Source: Acidobacteriota bacterium | GTDB lineage: Bacteria > Acidobacteriota > UBA890 > WLXD01 | Length of the DNA stretch: 64,000 bases | Assembly (NCBI GenBank): GCA_963666055.2 | Contig: CAXWPH010000015.1 | Location: 224,001-288,000, forward strand | Reading direction: 5' to 3' | In this document: positions 60,372 to 64,000 of the stretch, one piece after another | Layout: each line of letters begins with the position of its first letter | Numbering within the stretch: position 1 is the first letter of the stretch | Notes under the pieces: generated by a model | Told to the model about the DNA's origin: nothing | The model's input: only the letters and a program-made list of their open reading frames with translations | Databases searched by the model: none | Translations under genes and position numbers: made by a program

Positions 60372-60554
60372 CGACCAGTAGTGAACAACGGATCGCATGC
60401 TACGATCCAGCCGGGCGCTCGTTGATTTCGGGCGTCAGGGCAGTCGAGGTACCGAAATCGGGCTGCTCGGCAACAGGTTTCTCACGGTATCCGGAGGGAT
60501 ACGCGTGACGGTTCGGTCGAGGCTATGAGCGGCCTATTGAGCCGGGTGGTAATG

Positions 60555-60780
60555 GGAGCCGCCGATACGGACTCGCTCGAAAAGGAGGTGATCTAAGTGT
60601 TATCTGATAAACACGGCTTAACGGAGGTGGCAGCCCCGTAACGGGAGATCCTTCTTTCAGAGCTGAAGGCTCCAGCGTTTATTGGCGCTGCAGAGGGACG
60701 TGCCCCATAGCGGGGAATCCCACTGTCACCGACCAACAGCTATGGCAGGGCCCCGGCGCCGAACGGCGTCGGGGCCTTTG
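60555..60780 (+). ncRNA. Putative structured RNA with a 14-codon ORF (60597-60641); family not recognised, 5' end approximate
   Basis: aaaggaggtgatc SD, GTG...TAA micro-ORF, several stems, terminal hairpin. Confidence 0.5.
60747..60779 (+). terminator. Intrinsic terminator-like hairpin
   Basis: agggccccggcgcc-gaac-ggcgtcggggcctt followed by only a short T tract. Confidence 0.6.
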
Positions 60781-60870
60781 CCTTGATAGCCTCGGGGAGT
60801 CCGTAAGAGTTGTATGCACGGAGTCCCAACTCGCCGTATCCAGGCCCGCCACTCTTCCACCACGGTCTAC

Positions 60871-61791
60871 ATGCAGCGCGCCGAAGTCATCGTCAACCCG
60901 ATCGCTGGCCACGGTGCTCCGATGCGCGTCGCAGAGGAGGCCCGGATCCACCTTGAAGAACGCGGCTGGGAAGTTGACGTTCGACCGACCACCGCGGCCG
61001 GGCACGCGACGGAGCTGGCGCAGGCGTGTCTCGACACCGCCGACCTGATTGTCGTCGTCGGTGGCGACGGCACGGTACGGGAGTCAGTCGCCGGGCTTGA
61101 TGGTGCACCCGTGCCCGTCGGCTTCGTGCCGATGGGCAATGCGAACGTGCTGGCGCGCGAGTTGGATATCCCGCGGCGCCCCGAGCTTTCCATCCCGCTG
61201 CTCACCTCCGGGGAGCCGCTGGCGATCGACGTCGGTCGCGTTGATGGTTTGATCTTCCTGAGCATGGTCAGCGTCGGATACGACGGCTGGACCATCAGCG
61301 GCGTCGACCGGCTGCGTGGTACACGTCTCGGCGGGTGGCTCTATCGGCACGGCGGCTCGAGTGGTCTCTACGTGCTCGCCGGCCTTCCTCCGTTGCTGTT
61401 GAGGACCATTCCGAACCGCGTCTGCATCGAGGCTGACGGCAAGGTGCTGTCTCGACGTTACCCCTCCGCTGTGTTCAGCAACGCCGAGGCGTATGGGCTC
61501 GGCTGGGCGATGACCCCCGGAGCCGATATCCGAGACGGGCGTCTCGATCATCAGGCCAACCGCCGCTCAGCACCGTGGTTCGTGCTCTGGACCATTGCCG
61601 CTGCGATACTGCACCGCCGCGTGCCGGAGATGGTGGCAGAGTACGGCGGCGCCACGTCTTATCGGATCACCGCCAAACGGCCGTTCCGTTGGCAAGTCGA
61701 CGGCGACCCGATGCCGCCTCGGCGCGAGATCGAGATCGAGCTGCTGCACCGTCATGCGCTGATCGTCGCTCCACGCCCGCCTAGCATCTGA
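60871..61791 (+). CDS. Diacylglycerol/lipid kinase family protein (YegS/BmrU-like)
   Basis: IVNPIAG, VGGDGT, PMGNANVLA, QVDGD. Confidence 0.9.
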   Translation: MQRAEVIVNPIAGHGAPMRVAEEARIHLEERGWEVDVRPTTAAGHATELAQACLDTADLIVVVGGDGTVRESVAGLDGAPVPVGFVPMGNANVLARELDIPRRPELSIPLLTSGEPLAIDVGRVDGLIFLSMVSVGYDGWTISGVDRLRGTRLGGWLYRHGGSSGLYVLAGLPPLLLRTIPNRVCIEADGKVLSRRYPSAVFSNAEAYGLGWAMTPGADIRDGRLDHQANRRSAPWFVLWTIAAAILHRRVPEMVAEYGGATSYRITAKRPFRWQVDGDPMPPRREIEIELLHRHALIVAPRPPSI

Positions 61792-61841
61792 CCCCAACTC
61801 GCCGTAACCAGGCCCACAACGCTTGCACCACGGCCTGCTAG
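61781..61841. repeat. CTAG element, right-arm copy
   Basis: ctagcatctgaccccaactcgccgtaaccaggcccac...caccacggcctgctag. Confidence 0.8.
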
Positions 61842-61851
61842 GCTTGCGCCT

Positions 61852-62994
61852 ATGGCAGCTGTGAGCGTCTTCCTGGTGGCCGGGGCGCGGCCCAACTTCG
61901 TCAAAGTCGCGCCGGTGTATCGAGCGCTGGAGGCTAGCGCCGTGTTCGACGTGACCCTCGTTCACACCGGACAGCACTACGACGAGCGGCTCTCGGACAG
62001 CTTCTTCCGCGATCTGGATCTTCCACGGCCGGAGGTTCATCTCGAAGTTGGTTCTGGCAGCCACGGCCAGCAAACGGCGCGCATCCTGGAGCGTTTCGAA
62101 GAGCAGCTGCAGGAGCGACAGCCCGATCTCGTCATGGTGGTCGGCGACGTGAACTCGACGATCGCCTGCTCGATTGCCACCGCCAAGATGGTTTATCCGG
62201 ACGGGCGTCGGCCCCAGGTCGCCCACGTCGAGGCTGGGCTGAGGAGTTTCGACCGCACCATGCCGGAGGAGATCAACCGCCTGCTCACCGATTCGATCTC
62301 CGACTACCTGTTCATCACCGAGCCCAGCGCCGCGGAGAACCTGCGTCGCGAGGGAGTCCCCGACGCGAAGGTCTTCTTTGTCGGCAACGTGATGATCGAC
62401 ACGCTGCTTGACCAGGTCGAGCGGGCGGCGGCGCTCGCCGCGTGGACCGATCTCGGGCTCCAGAAGCGCGAATACGGCGTCGTGACCCTGCACCGCCCCT
62501 CCAACGTCGACGATCCTCAAACGCTGGCGGCGATTCTCGATGTCCTCCTGGAGGCGGCCGAGCGTCTGCCGCTGGTGTTTCCGGTCCACCCGCGTACCGC
62601 CCAGCGGTTGCGCGAGTTCGGGCTCGAGCAGCAGGTGTCTGGTCAAGACGGTCGCCTGCAGCTGTTGGAGCCTTTGGGGTACGTAGAGTTCCTCAGCCTG
62701 CTGAGCCGAGCTCGTGTTGTCCTTACCGACTCCGGCGGAATCCAGGAAGAGACGACCATCTTGCGAATCCCGTGTATCACCCTGCGCGACAATACCGAGC
62801 GGCCGGTGACCATCACCGAGGGGACGAACCGCCTGGCGGGGACGGATCGCGCCAAGATATTGGCCGGCGTCGACGAGGCCCTCGCCGGGGAGCCCGATAC
62901 CGCACCGAGGCCAAAGCTGTGGGACGGCCAGGCGGCCGGCCGCATCGTGGCGGTACTGGAGGCGGCGTTCGATCGGACTCTGGCGGGTGCCTAG
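61852..62994 (+). CDS. wecB: UDP-N-acetylglucosamine 2-epimerase (non-hydrolysing)
   Basis: GARPNFVK, HTGQHYD, HVEAGLRS, MPEEINR, TDSGGIQEE. Confidence 0.95.
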   Translation: MAAVSVFLVAGARPNFVKVAPVYRALEASAVFDVTLVHTGQHYDERLSDSFFRDLDLPRPEVHLEVGSGSHGQQTARILERFEEQLQERQPDLVMVVGDVNSTIACSIATAKMVYPDGRRPQVAHVEAGLRSFDRTMPEEINRLLTDSISDYLFITEPSAAENLRREGVPDAKVFFVGNVMIDTLLDQVERAAALAAWTDLGLQKREYGVVTLHRPSNVDDPQTLAAILDVLLEAAERLPLVFPVHPRTAQRLREFGLEQQVSGQDGRLQLLEPLGYVEFLSLLSRARVVLTDSGGIQEETTILRIPCITLRDNTERPVTITEGTNRLAGTDRAKILAGVDEALAGEPDTAPRPKLWDGQAAGRIVAVLEAAFDRTLAGA

Positions 62995-63023
62995 CAGGAA
63001 ACACTTCGACCACGGCCTGCTAG
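62991..63023. repeat. CTAG element, 33-bp mini copy between convergent stop codons
   Basis: ctagcaggaaacacttcgaccacggcctgctag; both flanking TAG stops lie in its CTAG ends. Confidence 0.8.
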
Positions 63024-64000
63024 CGGCCACCCTCCGATGCGGCGCCGCTCTGGCTCCGCAGACCGGCGAGCATGGCCCTGATCTGCTCCCGGTCGGGCAC
63101 CACGACGCCATTGTCGAGCCGGCCCGGCACTTCGCTGGCAGCCGCGATCTGCTCGATCTCTTCGGCGTCCCAGCTGACCGCGCCGGGCTCGGGAAGCATG
63201 CCGTAGTACGCCAACGTGCGTTGGAGCGCCGCCGCCAGGCGGTTGCTCAAGTTGTCGGCGGTGTCGGGGGATCTCGGCGACCGTTCCTCGATCGGCCCCG
63301 TCTGGAAACCCTCTTCGATGCTGTCCCCAAAGGCTGCCAGCACGGTCGTGAGTCCGTCCACGACGTGCTCGGGCAACGCCGACAGGCTGGCGCGAAGCAA
63401 CGACGGCAACAGGCAGGCGACGGCAAGCCCGTGCGGGACGCCGTGCCGCAGGGTGATCCCGTAGGAGATAGCGTGTGCTGCGGCAGTTCGCGTAAGGCTT
63501 ATCGCCATGCCGGCCAGCGAGCTTGCCTCCAGCATGTGGCCACGCGCCGCTATGTCGGTGGGGTCGTTGTCGACGACCGGCAGGGCTCGCCGGATTCTAT
63601 CGAGCGCCGCGAACGACAGCGCCTCGCTCAAGGCGCTGCGTCGCCGTGACCACAGTGACTCGACGGCGTGCCCGAGGGCGTCGGCCGCCGTCTGTGCCGT
63701 CAAGTTGGCCGGCATACCCACCGTGGCACGCGGATCGAGAACCGCGAGCTCCGGGCGGTTCAGTGACGTGTCGAGCGAGAGCTTGCGACCGGCATCGGTG
63801 TCCCAGATGGTTGCGAAAGGCGTGACCTCGCTGCCGGTTCCCGCCGTGGTCGGGATGGCGACGAAGCGCGGTGCGGCGCGAGCCCGCGGCTCGTGCTTCC
63901 GGTGAAGCAGCGACAGTGCGTCGGAGTCGCTGCCGGCGGCGCAGTTAGCCACCTTGAGCGCGTCGATGACACTGCCGCCGCCCAGCGCCACCACCGTGCA
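63020..64000 (-). CDS. Iron-containing alcohol dehydrogenase (5' end outside the window)
   Basis: GGGSVID, PTTAGTGSEVT, DALGHAVES, HAISY, HGLA. Confidence 0.9.
   Translation of the reverse strand, partial: CTVVALGGGSVIDALKVANCAAGSDSDALSLLHRKHEPRARAAPRFVAIPTTAGTGSEVTPFATIWDTDAGRKLSLDTSLNRPELAVLDPRATVGMPANLTAQTAADALGHAVESLWSRRRSALSEALSFAALDRIRRALPVVDNDPTDIAARGHMLEASSLAGMAISLTRTAAAHAISYGITLRHGVPHGLAVACLLPSLLRASLSALPEHVVDGLTTVLAAFGDSIEEGFQTGPIEERSPRSPDTADNLSNRLAAALQRTLAYYGMLPEPGAVSWDAEEIEQIAAASEVPGRLDNGVVVPDREQIRAMLAGLRSQSGAASEGGR

Noticed and set aside
60581-60594. 16S rRNA 3'-end remnant on the minus strand
   Set aside because: No helix 44/45 sequence precedes gatcacctcctt
60555-60780. tmRNA
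   Set aside because: No tRNA-Ala-like ends, and the ORF has its own SD and start codon
31778-63023. CRISPR array
   Set aside because: Repeats are dispersed and of variable length, with no spacers and no cas genes

Overview
High-GC bacterial chromosome segment. The PadR + duplicated (ADOP-type) permease pair, the DUF5916 protein and the PQQ-propeller and TPR proteins point to Acidobacteriota, but this is an inference. The window has two parts. (1) 1-15380 is a decayed accessory island off the 3' end of a minus-strand tRNA-Ser(CGA). It holds a primase-type Rep (AEP + PriCT + winged helix), three copies of a GGGGG-CATC-(G)AA(A)GT cos-like motif (two of them just upstream of HNH nuclease genes), a GpA-type terminase fragment, an iteron-like palindrome, three IS3 scars and captured cargo (LytS/LytTR pair, DUF5916, truncated molybdoenzyme, YugP-like peptidase, HIRAN-like protein). 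It reads as stacked relics of cos-type phage satellites. (2) 15500-64000 is mostly core genes: peptidases, SDRs, tadA next to its substrate tRNA-Arg(ACG), an octaheme cytochrome/PPIase/HupE module, a porin, vapBC, PadR-ADOP, symporters and a lipid/glycan cluster (ppm1, two GT-C enzymes, pcs with a CHT1-like choline symporter, DAG kinase family, wecB). A CTAG-ended palindromic repeat family sits at several gene ends. An unexplained structured intergenic unit at about 60555-60780 carries a 13-nt anti-16S match and a 14-codon ORF. Several frameshifts fall in short homopolymers and may be sequencing errors. All calls come from reading motifs by eye; no searches were run.
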